Shown: piece after piece, positions 39,110 through 49,396 of the stretch
How the letters are laid out: each line of letters opens with the position of its first letter
Position numbering within the stretch: the first letter of the stretch is position 1
NCBI GenBank assembly: GCA_963816975.1
Contig: CAWFMD010000006.1
Coordinates: 1,499,208-1,563,207 of the forward strand
DNA: 64,000 nt
Reading direction: 5' to 3'
DNA from: an uncultured Solirubrobacterales bacterium
GTDB lineage: Bacteria; Actinomycetota; Thermoleophilia; Solirubrobacterales; JBBDJG01
Position numbers and translations under genes: made by a program
Notes under the pieces: generated by a model
Seen by the model: only the letters and a program-made list of their open reading frames with translations
The model's database searches: none
What the model was told of the DNA's origin: nothing

Positions 39110-40147
39110 TCATGCGGTTGCCGCCTCCACGGGGGCCCGCCGCCGGGCGCCCGCGGGCGAGGGTTCGGGCACGCTCGTCAGCCGCAGCGCGAACAGCACG
39201 ACCGCGATCCACAGCAGCGCACCGCCCGTCAGGTGGGCGACGATCAGCCAGGCGTGCTCTCCGGCCCAGACGTTCACGGCGCCCAGCAGCACCTGCACCA
39301 GCATCACGCCGACGATGCCGAGGCCGAGTCGCGTGAGCGCGGCTGCCGAGTCGGGGTCCAGGCGGCGCCGCTGGCGCATGACCACCGCGAACAGCGCCAG
39401 GAGGATCGTCACCGCCACGTACATCAGGGCGCGGTGCGTGAGGTGGATGTCGAGCGCCTGGCTGCGGCCGAAGGGGAGGAACTTCCCGCCGCAGGACGGG
39501 AACTCGGCGCCGCACGCCATGTGCGCGTCGACCGAGCGGTGCTCCTGTCCGGTGCCGTGCAGTTCGCTGGCCGACATGTAGCCGCCGGCCACGATCGTCG
39601 CCAGCACCGTGACGAGCGCCACCGGCGTCAGGATGCGCAGCGCGCGCGTGGCGCCGGGCTTCAGCGAGGGGGGAGAGGGGTCGGGCGCGCCCAGCCTCGC
39701 CATCATCAGCACGAGCCCGATCTGCAGCATCGCGACGCCGAGATGCGTCGCGACCAGCTCCTCCTCGAGCCCCTGCTCGACGGTCAGCCCGCCGAGCGCC
39801 GCCTGGAACAAGATCAGCACGAACGCCGCGACGCTGACGCGCACCAGCAGTCGCTCCGAGCGCCGCCGGCGGTACGCGGTCCATGCCAGGTAGGCGATCA
39901 GGATCGCGACGATCCCGGCCAGCACGCGGTGCGTGTACTCGACGATCATGTTGGTGTCCACGGAGGGGAGCAGGCCGCCGCCGCACAGCGGCCAGCCCTC
40001 GGTGCCGCTCCCGGCTGCGCCGCAGCCCAGGCCCGAGTCGCTGATCCGCACGACGCCGCCCACGATGATCAGGGCGAAGACGAGCGCCGCCGTCACATAC
40101 GCCAGGTTGCGAAACCGGCGCGCCTCCGTGTCGGTGAACGCGCTCAA
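39110..40147 (-). CDS. ctaA: Heme a synthase (COX15/CtaA)
   Basis: GGVVR...SGLGC, WPLC, EYTHR, HL and THR His ligands; TTGA overlap with ctaD. Confidence 0.9.
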   Translation of the reverse strand: MSAFTDTEARRFRNLAYVTAALVFALIIVGGVVRISDSGLGCGAAGSGTEGWPLCGGGLLPSVDTNMIVEYTHRVLAGIVAILIAYLAWTAYRRRRSERLLVRVSVAAFVLILFQAALGGLTVEQGLEEELVATHLGVAMLQIGLVLMMARLGAPDPSPPSLKPGATRALRILTPVALVTVLATIVAGGYMSASELHGTGQEHRSVDAHMACGAEFPSCGGKFLPFGRSQALDIHLTHRALMYVAVTILLALFAVVMRQRRRLDPDSAAALTRLGLGIVGVMLVQVLLGAVNVWAGEHAWLIVAHLTGGALLWIAVVLFALRLTSVPEPSPAGARRRAPVEAATA

Positions 40148-41877
40148 AGCGGGCCCGGCTGCTTGCCCGGTGGCTCGGTAACCTGCGCTCCAGCGCCGTC
40201 TCCGTGGCCGTTGGAGAGCGCCGCCTCCCGCTCCTGCACCGCGCGGCGAATGTCCTTCATGGGCTCGAGGCTCCGCACCGTTGGGATCACGTCGAAGTTG
40301 TGCTCCGGGGGCGGCGAGGGGGTGAACCACTCGAGCGTGTTCGCCTTCCACGGATCGGGCCCGGCGGGCCGGCCCTTCCGGACGCTCACGAACACGTTGT
40401 AGACCGTCACCAGCACGCCGAGCGCGAGCACGAACCCGCCGATCGTCGAGATCACGTTGTACTCGGTCAGCCTGCCACCGTGGTACTCCGCGACCCGCCG
40501 CGGCATGCCGGACAGCCCGGCCGAGTACTGCGGCAGGAACGTGACGTTGAAGCCGATCACCATCAGCCAGAAGGAGAGCTTCCCGAGCCCCTCCGACATC
40601 ATCCGCCCAGACATCTTCGGGAACCAGTAGTAGAGCCCGGCCATGATCCCGAACGCGACGCCGCCGAACAGCACGTGGTGCATGTGGGCGACGATGAAGT
40701 AGGTGTCGGTGAGCTGCCAGTCGATGGGGAACACGGCCAGCATCACGCCCGTCATCCCGCCGAGTGCGAATTGCGCGACCAGTCCCACGGCGAACAGCAG
40801 CGGCACCGTGAACTCGATGTTGCCGCGCCAGAGCGTCCCGAGCCAGTTGAAGATCTTGATGCCGGTCGGGATCGCGACCGCGAACGACGTGATCATGAAG
40901 AAGCCGAGCACACCGGTGGCCAACGGCGTCGCGAACATGTGGTGCGCCCACACCATCACGCTGAGGAACGCGATCGCCGCGATCGCCGTCGCCATCGCCT
41001 TGTAGCCGAAGATCGGCTTGCGCGCGAAGACGGGGATCACCTCGCTCACGATCCCGAAGGCCGGCAGCACCATGATGTAGACCTCGGGGTGGCCCATGAA
41101 CCAGAAGAGGTGCTGCCACAGGATCGGATCGCCGCCCTGGTTCGGATCGAAGAACGTGCCGCTGAACTGGCGATCCACGAGCAGCATCGCGAGCGTCGCG
41201 GCGAACGACGAGAGCGCGATGATGATCAGGTACGCGTAGATCAGGATCGTCCACACGAACAGCGGCATGCGGCCCAGCGACATCCCCGGTGCGCGCATGT
41301 TGTGGATCGTCGTGACGAAGTTGATCGCGCCCAGCACCGACGAGATCCCGATCAGGTGCAGGCTCACGATCCACGCGTCGATTCCGCTGCCCGGCAGGAA
41401 GTCGGTGCTCGAGAGCGGCGCGTAGGAGGTCCATCCCGCCGCCGCGACGTCCCAGAAGATCGAGCCGTAGAGCACGACGCCGCCCGCGACCAGCAGCCAC
41501 CACGAGAGCATGTTGAGGCGCGGGAACGCCATGTCCCGCGCACCGATCATGAGGGGCACGAGATAGTTCCCGAACCCGGCGGCGATCGGGACGACCACCA
41601 TGAAGATCATGGTCGTGCCGTGCAGCGTGAAGAGCTGGTTGTAGGTCGTCGGGTCGAGGAACGTGTTATCCGGCGAGCCCAGCTGGATGCGCATCAGCAG
41701 CGCCTCGACCCCGCCCACCAGGAAGAAGAACGCGGTCGTGAACAGGTACAGGATCCCGATCTTCTTGTGGTCGGTCGTCGTGACCCAGTCGATCCATCCC
41801 GACCGGCGCTCGGGCAGGCCGCCGACGATGATCTCGGGCGATGGGGCCGGCTTTGCGGCAGGGGCTGCGGTCGTCAC
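40144..41877 (-). CDS. ctaD: Cytochrome c oxidase subunit I (type A1)
   Basis: TTDHKKIG, HGTTM, GHPEVY, WAHHMF, MPRR. Confidence 0.97.
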   Translation of the reverse strand: MTTAAPAAKPAPSPEIIVGGLPERRSGWIDWVTTTDHKKIGILYLFTTAFFFLVGGVEALLMRIQLGSPDNTFLDPTTYNQLFTLHGTTMIFMVVVPIAAGFGNYLVPLMIGARDMAFPRLNMLSWWLLVAGGVVLYGSIFWDVAAAGWTSYAPLSSTDFLPGSGIDAWIVSLHLIGISSVLGAINFVTTIHNMRAPGMSLGRMPLFVWTILIYAYLIIIALSSFAATLAMLLVDRQFSGTFFDPNQGGDPILWQHLFWFMGHPEVYIMVLPAFGIVSEVIPVFARKPIFGYKAMATAIAAIAFLSVMVWAHHMFATPLATGVLGFFMITSFAVAIPTGIKIFNWLGTLWRGNIEFTVPLLFAVGLVAQFALGGMTGVMLAVFPIDWQLTDTYFIVAHMHHVLFGGVAFGIMAGLYYWFPKMSGRMMSEGLGKLSFWLMVIGFNVTFLPQYSAGLSGMPRRVAEYHGGRLTEYNVISTIGGFVLALGVLVTVYNVFVSVRKGRPAGPDPWKANTLEWFTPSPPPEHNFDVIPTVRSLEPMKDIRRAVQEREAALSNGHGDGAGAQVTEPPGKQPGPL

Positions 41878-42734
41878 TGGCGCAGCTCCGCGTCGATCTG
41901 CTTGCGCTGCTCCTGCGCGAGTCGCTGCGCCTCCGCGCGCTCACGCTTCTGGCGCTCGACCCACGCCTCGTAGTCCTGCGGCTCGACGACCGTCACCTTC
42001 GCGGTCATCGCGTAGTGGCCCGTGCCGCACAGCTCCGCGCACTGGCCTTCGAAGGTGCCGGTCTTGGACGCCTTGAACCACGTCTTGTTCTGATAGCCCG
42101 GGACCGCGTCGACCTTGCCGCCCAGCGCGGGGATCCACCACGAGTGGATCACGTCGTTCGCCTTCACCGTGAGCGTCACCGTCGTGTCGCGTGGGACCAC
42201 CATTTCCTGAAAGGAGACGGCTTGGTTCGGGTACTGGTAGCGCCACAGGTACTGCTGCCCCGACACCTGCACCTCGAGCGCCTTGCCGCCGGGCGGCGGC
42301 GGCTGGTTGATGGTGGCGAACTGGTCACGGGCTTCCGCGACCGCCTCGGGGCCGGAGGCCACGGGTTGCGTGATGTCGTCGAGATAGATGTAGGTGACGC
42401 TGGTGATCACGATCACGATCACCGCCGCCGCGGCCGTCCAGCCGATCTCGAGCTGTGTGTTTCCCGAGATCTGCGGCGCCTGGCGGCCGCGGCGGGCGCG
42501 AAAGCGGAACAGCGAGTAGATCAGGACCGCCCAGACCGCCCCGATCACGACCAGCCCGATGTAGAGCACGATCTTGTAGAGGTCGTCGATCTTCTGCGCG
42601 TTCGGCGTGGGCCCGTCCTCGGGCGTGAGCACGTCCGCCCAGGCAGCCGCGGGCAGCGCGAACAACGCAACCACGGTCAATCCGGCAAGGACCAGCGCGA
42701 CAGTGGCGGCCCGGGGCTTGGCTCGACCTCGCAT
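41874..42734 (-). CDS. ctaC: Cytochrome c oxidase subunit II
   Basis: DVIHSWWIP and the CuA motif CAELCGTGHYAM. Confidence 0.96.
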   Translation of the reverse strand: MRGRAKPRAATVALVLAGLTVVALFALPAAAWADVLTPEDGPTPNAQKIDDLYKIVLYIGLVVIGAVWAVLIYSLFRFRARRGRQAPQISGNTQLEIGWTAAAAVIVIVITSVTYIYLDDITQPVASGPEAVAEARDQFATINQPPPPGGKALEVQVSGQQYLWRYQYPNQAVSFQEMVVPRDTTVTLTVKANDVIHSWWIPALGGKVDAVPGYQNKTWFKASKTGTFEGQCAELCGTGHYAMTAKVTVVEPQDYEAWVERQKRERAEAQRLAQEQRKQIDAELRQ

Positions 42735-42829
42735 CCGGCGCGCGATTCTATACGGGGGCTCCGCCCCCTCGGCCGCTGCGCCGCCTCGCCCCGCCGATAC
42801 GGGGTCGCGAGCAGCGCAAAACCGGCCCA

Positions 42830-43627
42830 TCAGCGGCCCGTGAAGCGCGGGTCGCGTTTCTCGACGAAGGCCGTGACGCCCTCGATGAAGTCCGCGCTGG
42901 TCACCATCTCGCTCTGGATGTCGGCCTCCAGATCGAGCTGCTCGTCCATGATCTTGAGCAGGGAGTTGTTGAGTGCCCGCTTGGACTGGGCGTAGGAGCG
43001 TGTCGGGCCCTGGGCGAGTCGCGCCGTCAGGTCGCGTGCTGCGGGCATCAGCTCCCCGTCGGCCACGACGCGGTTGATCAGACCCCAGTCGAGGGCCTGC
43101 GCGGCCGGGATCGGGTCTCCCAGCAGGGCCATCTCGAGCGCGCGCGCCTTGCCGGCCGCGACCGGCACGAGGAACGTCGAGCCGCCGTCCGGCACCAGGC
43201 CGATGTTCACGAAGGCGAGCCCGAACACCGCCGACTCGGCCGCCCAGATGAGATCGGCGGCCAGCGCCAGCGAGCAGCCGATCCCCACGGCCGGGCCGTT
43301 GACGGCGGCCACGACGGGCTTGGGCAGCTCCCTGATGCCCTTGATGATCGGGTGGTAGCGGGTGCGGAGCATCTCGCCGACGTCGGGGACCGCTCCGCCC
43401 TCGGCCCGCTGCTCCAGCATCTCCTTCAGGTCGGCCCCCGACGAGAACCCGCGGCCGGCGCCGGTGATCAGCACGGCTCGCACCTCGGGCGCGGCCGCCT
43501 CGATGAGAATCGCCTCGCGCAGCTCGTCACCGAACTGCGCGGTCCAGGCGTTCAGGCGCTCGGGCCGGTTGAGGGTGATCTCCGCGACGCCGTTGGCGAT
43601 CTTGATGTCGACGGTCTCGTGGGGCAT
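42830..43627 (-). CDS. Enoyl-CoA hydratase/isomerase (PaaG-like)
   Basis: LNRPERLNA, FSSGADL, GLVPDGG. Confidence 0.92.
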   Translation of the reverse strand: MPHETVDIKIANGVAEITLNRPERLNAWTAQFGDELREAILIEAAAPEVRAVLITGAGRGFSSGADLKEMLEQRAEGGAVPDVGEMLRTRYHPIIKGIRELPKPVVAAVNGPAVGIGCSLALAADLIWAAESAVFGLAFVNIGLVPDGGSTFLVPVAAGKARALEMALLGDPIPAAQALDWGLINRVVADGELMPAARDLTARLAQGPTRSYAQSKRALNNSLLKIMDEQLDLEADIQSEMVTSADFIEGVTAFVEKRDPRFTGR

Positions 43628-43681
43628 GGGGGCTCCTTGTGGTCGGGGCCGGAAACCTAGTGGAGGGCTACCTTGTGCGGC

Positions 43682-44335
43682 ATGGCCCGGATCGCGCCGC
43701 CCCTCGACGACATCGAATGGCTGGGGCACGCCGGCTTTCGGATCAGGACGTCGGCGGGGTGGTTCTACATCGATCCCTATCGCGCGCCGGAGGGCCCGCC
43801 GGCTGCCGCGATCCTCGTCACGCACGACCACTTCGACCATTTCTCTCGCGACGACGTGCTGCGGGTGGCGGGGCAGGGAGCGGTGTTCGTCGGTCCCGCC
43901 ACCGTCACCGAACAGCTGCGCGGAAACACGCACACCGTGACGCCGGGCGACATCGTCCCGGTCGGCACCGTGGAGGTCCTCGCCGTGGCCGCGTACAACA
44001 CCAACAAGCGCGACAGCGAAGGCCGGCCCTTCCATGCTCGCGACGCCGGCTGGCTCGGCTACGTGATCCGTGACGGCGGACGCAGGATCTACCATTCGGG
44101 CGACACCGACGTGATTCCCGAGATGGATCAAGCCGCGGGGGTCGACGTGGCCCTGCTGCCCGTCAGCGGGACGTACGTGATGACCTCCTCCGAGGCCGCC
44201 GAGGCGGCCCGCCGGATCGATCCGGGGGTGGCGGTGCCGATGCACTGGGGGACCGTGATCGGGTCGCGGGAGGACGCCGAGGCGTTCGTGCAGGCCGCGC
44301 CCGTGGACGCCCGCATTCTCGAGCCGGTCGGATGA
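43682..44335 (+). CDS. MBL-fold metallohydrolase
   Basis: THDHFDH, SGDTD, PMHWG. Confidence 0.9.
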   Translation: MARIAPPLDDIEWLGHAGFRIRTSAGWFYIDPYRAPEGPPAAAILVTHDHFDHFSRDDVLRVAGQGAVFVGPATVTEQLRGNTHTVTPGDIVPVGTVEVLAVAAYNTNKRDSEGRPFHARDAGWLGYVIRDGGRRIYHSGDTDVIPEMDQAAGVDVALLPVSGTYVMTSSEAAEAARRIDPGVAVPMHWGTVIGSREDAEAFVQAAPVDARILEPVG

Positions 44336-44347
44336 CGAGGAGGAGTC

Positions 44348-46110
44348 ATGGCGCGTAACGGAAACGGCATGCGGCAATCCCTGCTGCGGATGGCGGAGCG
44401 CGAGCCCGAGCTCGCCGGCAGGATGGTCATGACCGCGCTTCCGGCGGCCGCCGCGAACGTGCGCGGAAACCTCGACTACCGGCTCGTGCTGGACGGCCTC
44501 GGCGCGTACCACGTGTCGATCGACGACGGGCACGCGCAGGTGATCGAGGAGCACGCCGCGGGGGCCACGGCGGCGAACGGTGGGCCGGACTTCACGCTCC
44601 AGACGAGCCCCGAGGTCTTCGCCCGCATGGCGGCGGGCGCGAGCCCGCTGCGGCTGATGCTGACCGGGCAGCTGCGCATCCGCGGAAAGCGCCGCCGGGC
44701 GCTGAGGCTCCGCAAGCTGGGGGGCGACCTGACGATGCGCGACGTCACGCGCGCCGGGATCGACCCCGACCCCGACCTCCTGTACCGGGCGCTGCCCTAC
44801 GCCCTCGACCCGGAATGGACCGCCGGCCACCGCTTCACCCTCCAGTACGTGATCGAGGGAGACTCCTGCGGGCCCGGGGGGCAGTGGTGCCTGAACGTCG
44901 CCGACGGCGCGGTGACGACCACCAGCGCGCCCCCCAAACCGGCGCGGACGCCATCCTGCGGCTGCGCCACGAGACCTGGCTGGAGCTCGTGCGCGGCGAG
45001 CTGATGCCGCACGAGGCGATGCGCCAGGGACTCGTGCGCGTGGAGGGAAAGATGTATCCCGTGACGCTCGTCGGCCGCTGGATCGAGCGCTCGGAGGGGC
45101 GCGACGACCCCGAGCTCGCGCGCGAGCGAGAGCAGTCGCGCGTGCAGAGCGCCCGCGCCACATGGGGATCACGATCGAACGGCGTGGGCCCGGGTCAGGG
45201 CGACCCGGCCGTGGATCGCGGCCGCCGCCAGCGCAGTCAGCTGATGGGTTACGAGGATCTCTATGCGTTGTGGGAGCGCCAGAATTGGCGCGCGCACGAG
45301 ATCGACTTCAGCGTGGACAAGCAGCACTGGCTGGCAACGCCCGCGGTCAGCCAGCTCGACACGATGTGGTCGCTGGCGAGCTTCTACATCGGCGAGCAGC
45401 GGGTCGCAACGGACCTTGCGCCGTTCATCCTCGCCGCTCCGACCGGGGAGGCGGAGATCTTTCTCGCCACGCAGCTCGCCGACGAGGCGCGCCACGCTGC
45501 GTTCTTCGACCGCTTCATGGCGGAGGTGATGGCGCTCCGCGCCGACGACATCCGCGGCCGGCTGGCCGAGATGGAGGCGCTGATGCTTCCTGCATGGCGC
45601 ACGGTCTTCGACGACCACCTGCGCGGCGTCTCCCGGCGCCTTCAGGAGCGTCCCGACGACATGGACCTGTTCGTGGAGGGCATCGTCACCTACCACGTGG
45701 TGATCGAGGGAGTGCTGGCGATGACCGGCCAGCACCAGATCCTCAAGTACCTCGAGGACCACGACATCTACCCGGGGTTCCGGCGGGGCTTCTCGCTGGT
45801 GGAGCAGGACGAGCACCGGCACATCGCGTTCGGCGTGCGCTTCCTGGCCGATGCCTGCGAGCGCGAACCGCGCTATCGCCGGCTGATCACGGACAAGATC
45901 GCGGAGCTCGTGCCGGTGGCGTCGCAGATATTCGTGCCGCCGGGCACCGAGGACCCGAGCGACTTCATGAGCTACGACTACCACTCGTCGGAGACCTACG
46001 GGTTCGCCTACCGCGCACTGCGGCGCCGGATGGCCGTGGTCGGGATCGAGATCCCACCCGCCGACCAGCTCATGCCCGGGCCGATCGACCGGGTCCCGGC
46101 TGCCGCCTAG
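44348..46110 (+). CDS. SCP2-SCP2-R2lox (ferritin-like ligand-binding oxidase) fusion with one frameshift in the C6 run 44930-44935
   Basis: Two SCP2-like repeats (PDFTL..LMLTGQLRIRG; ADAIL..AMRQGLVRVEG); R2lox ligands GEQRV, DEARH, YHVVIEG, DEHRH. Confidence 0.8.
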
Positions 46111-46151
46111 CTCCGCGGTCCGGTCGGGGCCCAAACCTATACTCGCGCCCG

Positions 46152-47060
46152 GTGAGGGCCTCCTTCCTGCGGGTGGCGTCGTGGGCCGCCGTCTGCGGCG
46201 GCATCGCGCTGCCGCTGGCTCGCCGCCGCCTGCGGGTGTCCGCCCCCGTCGCCGCGGTCGCCGCGGTGGCCGCGCCCTTCGGCCTGGCGGTCGCGGTGCC
46301 GCGCTCGAGAAAGCGCGATGCTGCCCTGTATGGACTGCAGATGTGGGCCTACATCGCGCTCCATGAGGTGCCCTACGAGGACCCCACGCGGCTCGAGCGG
46401 CGCGCGCACGTCGATTACCCGATCGCCGTTGACCGGGCGCTGTTCGGGCGCGATCCGACGCCGGTGCTCCAGCGCGCGCTGGCGCGCGGGAACGCGCCCA
46501 CGCCGCTCGACCACGCACTGGTCTACGCGCACTGGGCCTGGTTTCTCCAGCCGCACGCCGCCGCGGCGTACATACTCTGGAGGCATCCTGCGCGCTTCTC
46601 GCGGTCGGCGGTGCTCATCTGCGCCGCGTTCGACATCGGGCTGGTCGGGTACTTCCTGGTGCCGACCGCCCCGCCGTGGTGGGCTGCGGAGCACGGACGG
46701 ATCGAGGGTATGCGAAGGATCATGGCGGACGTGGGCCAACAGTTCTGGGGCCGATTGTGGTCACCGCTGTACGGGTTTTTGGGAGGAAACCCGCTCGCGG
46801 CCATGCCCTCGCTCCATTTCGCCACGTCCCTGATGGCCGCGCACGTGCTGGCGGAGGCGAGCCCCGCGGCGGGCGCCGTCGGTTGGACCTATGCCGCGAC
46901 GCTCGGCTTCGCGCTCGTCTACCTCGGAGAGCACTACGTCGCGGACCTGGCCGCGGGCGCCGCGCTCACGGAGGGCATCCGTGTCGCCGCGCCGCGCGCG
47001 ACGCCCGCCCTCGCCGCGGTGGCCCGTACGCTCGCCGCGCTGGAGCGAAGGGCCCGATGA
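46152..47060 (+). CDS. PAP2 superfamily membrane enzyme (AUR1/IPC synthase-like)
   Basis: PTAPPW, AAMPSLH, HYVAD. Confidence 0.88.
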   Translation: MRASFLRVASWAAVCGGIALPLARRRLRVSAPVAAVAAVAAPFGLAVAVPRSRKRDAALYGLQMWAYIALHEVPYEDPTRLERRAHVDYPIAVDRALFGRDPTPVLQRALARGNAPTPLDHALVYAHWAWFLQPHAAAAYILWRHPARFSRSAVLICAAFDIGLVGYFLVPTAPPWWAAEHGRIEGMRRIMADVGQQFWGRLWSPLYGFLGGNPLAAMPSLHFATSLMAAHVLAEASPAAGAVGWTYAATLGFALVYLGEHYVADLAAGAALTEGIRVAAPRATPALAAVARTLAALERRAR

Positions 47061-48271
47061 GGGCGTTTCGCCCGGACAACCCCCGCGGCGGACCGGAAAC
47101 GCGCCCCCACGAGGTGGAGCCGCCCGCGGCCGGCCTGACCGACGGGCACCACTACGACGAGCCGGTCACCGCAGAGGTCGAGTCGCGGATGCTGCTCGAC
47201 CGGGGGCGGCTGATCACTTACGCGCTGGTCGTGGCGGTGATCCTGGTGGCGCTCTACTTCGTGCTGCCGGAGCTGACAGGCCTCGAGGACTCGCTGCGCC
47301 GCATCGAGGACGCCGATCCGGTCTGGATCACGATCGCGCTCGGTTTCAACCTGATGTCCTTCGCCGCCTACATCGCGCTGTTCCGCGGCATCCTCGGGGG
47401 GCGTGCGGTGTCCCGTCAGGTGGGCGAGCGGCTCGACTGGAGCACCTCGTACCAGATCACGCTCGCGGGCCTCGCCGCCACGCGGCTGTTCTCCGCCGGC
47501 GGCGCCGGGGGGATCGCCATCACCTATTGGGCGCTGCGCCGCGCCGGCATGGAGGCGCGGCAGGCGGCGAGCCGGATGGTTGCGTTCCTCGTGCTGCTCT
47601 ACACCGTGTACCTGCTGGCGGTCGTGATCTGCGGCATCTGCCTGCGCGTCGGGCTGTTCGCGGGCCCGAGTCCCGTGGCGATGACGATCGTGCCGGCGGG
47701 CGTGGCCGGCGCCGCGCTGATCGTCCTGTTCCTGCTCTCGCTGATACCGCTCGACCTCGACCGGATGGTTGCGCGCTGGGCCCAGGGGCACCGGCGGGTG
47801 CGCATGGCGCGGCGGATCGCGAGCGTTCCCGCGACGATCGCCGCAGGCACGCGCGAGGCGCTCACGATTTTGCGTCATCCCTCCAGCGGCCTGCTCGCGC
47901 TGACGGGCGCGGTCGGCTTCTGGGCGGCGAACATCGCCGTGCTGTGGGCGTGCTTCCACGCCTTCGGCGAGTCGGTGCCGATGGCCGTCCTGGTGCAGGG
48001 CTTCTTCGTGGGGATGACGGCCAACCTGCTGCCGTTCTTCCCCGGAGGGGTCGGCTCCGTCGACGCCGGGATGATCGCCGCGTTCCTGGCATTCGGCGAA
48101 CCCAGCTCGACGGTCTTCGTGTCGGTGCTCGCCTACCGCGTGATCGCCTTCTGGCTGCCGATCCCGCCCGGCATCCTGGCGTACCTGCAGCTGCGGCGGA
48201 CCGTGGGCCGCTGGCGGGCGCAGGACGCGCCGGCGCCGGCGCAAGCCGATGCATCACCCGAGCCGGCCTGA
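47057..48271 (+). CDS. Lysylphosphatidylglycerol synthase TM-domain / flippase-like protein
   Basis: About 8 TMs, PGGVGSVD, LAYRVIAFWLP. Confidence 0.85.
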   Translation: MRAFRPDNPRGGPETRPHEVEPPAAGLTDGHHYDEPVTAEVESRMLLDRGRLITYALVVAVILVALYFVLPELTGLEDSLRRIEDADPVWITIALGFNLMSFAAYIALFRGILGGRAVSRQVGERLDWSTSYQITLAGLAATRLFSAGGAGGIAITYWALRRAGMEARQAASRMVAFLVLLYTVYLLAVVICGICLRVGLFAGPSPVAMTIVPAGVAGAALIVLFLLSLIPLDLDRMVARWAQGHRRVRMARRIASVPATIAAGTREALTILRHPSSGLLALTGAVGFWAANIAVLWACFHAFGESVPMAVLVQGFFVGMTANLLPFFPGGVGSVDAGMIAAFLAFGEPSSTVFVSVLAYRVIAFWLPIPPGILAYLQLRRTVGRWRAQDAPAPAQADASPEPA

Positions 48272-48395
48272 TCGGGACCCCGGGCCGGTGCGGCGGTTAA
48301 GCTTGCCGGGCCGTCGGGGCCGCGGGGCCGCCGCTAAGCTTTACAAAGTGAAGTGACGATGTATCTGCTCTCAGGAACAGGTTCGCGGAGGAGCA

Positions 48396-49379
48396 TTGGC
48401 TAACGAGAACGGGAAACAGCAGGCGTACGAGATCATCATCGTCGGCGCGGGCCCTGCCGGCCAGAGCGCCGCGCTGTATGCCGGGCGCTCCCGCATCCCG
48501 ACCCTGGTGCTGGAGCGCGGCATTCCCGGCGGGCAGCTGTGGAACACCGCCGAGGTGGAGGACTACCCGGGATTCGAGCACATCATGGGCCCCGACCTGG
48601 CCGACCGGATCCAGAAGCACGCCGAGAAGTTCGGCGCCACCTTCGAGACCGGTGCCGAGGTGACGTCCGTATCCGCCGACGGCGACGATCGCGTGGTGCG
48701 GACCGCCGACGGACGTGAGTTTCGCGCGCCGGCGGTGATCGTCACGGCCGGCGGCGAGGCCCGCAAGCTCGGGGTGCCGGGCGAGGACGAACTGGCCGGC
48801 AAGGGCGTCTCCTACTGCGCGGTCTGCGACGGCGCGTTCTTCGAGGGCGCGGACATCGCGGTCGTCGGCGGGGGCGACTCCGCCGTCGAGGAGGGCACCT
48901 TCCTCACGCGCTACGGCAAGAAGGTGTCGGTCATCCACCGGCGCGACGCGTACCGCGCGCAGCCGATCCTGATCGAGCAGATGCGCGCCACCGGCAAGGT
49001 GGACGAGGTCATGAACACCGTCGTGGACGAGATCCACGGCACCGACGGGCGCGTCTCGCACCTGACGATGCGCAACGTCGAGACCGGCGAGCAGTCGCGG
49101 CTCCCGGTGAACGCCGTGTTCCCGTTCGTCGGCTTCACGCCGCACTCCGGCATCTTCGACGCGGACCTCGCGAGCCAGATCGAGCTCGACGAGTCCGGCC
49201 ACATCGTGACCGACCAGGCGATGCGCACCGGCGTGCCCGGCATCTTCGCCGCCGGGGACGTGCGCTCCCAGTTCGTCCGCCAGATCACCAACGCGGTCGG
49301 CGACGCGACCACCGCGGCGCTGGCCGCGCACCAGTACGTCGAGCATCTGAAGCACGCGCGCGCCAAGCAGGCGGCGTAG
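48396..49379 (+). CDS. trxB: Thioredoxin reductase
   Basis: GAGPAG, CAVCDG, GGGDSA, FAAGDV. Confidence 0.95.
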   Translation: MANENGKQQAYEIIIVGAGPAGQSAALYAGRSRIPTLVLERGIPGGQLWNTAEVEDYPGFEHIMGPDLADRIQKHAEKFGATFETGAEVTSVSADGDDRVVRTADGREFRAPAVIVTAGGEARKLGVPGEDELAGKGVSYCAVCDGAFFEGADIAVVGGGDSAVEEGTFLTRYGKKVSVIHRRDAYRAQPILIEQMRATGKVDEVMNTVVDEIHGTDGRVSHLTMRNVETGEQSRLPVNAVFPFVGFTPHSGIFDADLASQIELDESGHIVTDQAMRTGVPGIFAAGDVRSQFVRQITNAVGDATTAALAAHQYVEHLKHARAKQAA

Positions 49380-49396
49380 CCGCACGCGCTCTCACG

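Noticed and set aside
44815-46110. Ribonucleotide reductase beta subunit
   Set aside because: The motif pattern fits R2lox, it is fused to SCP2 domains, and no alpha subunit is nearby.
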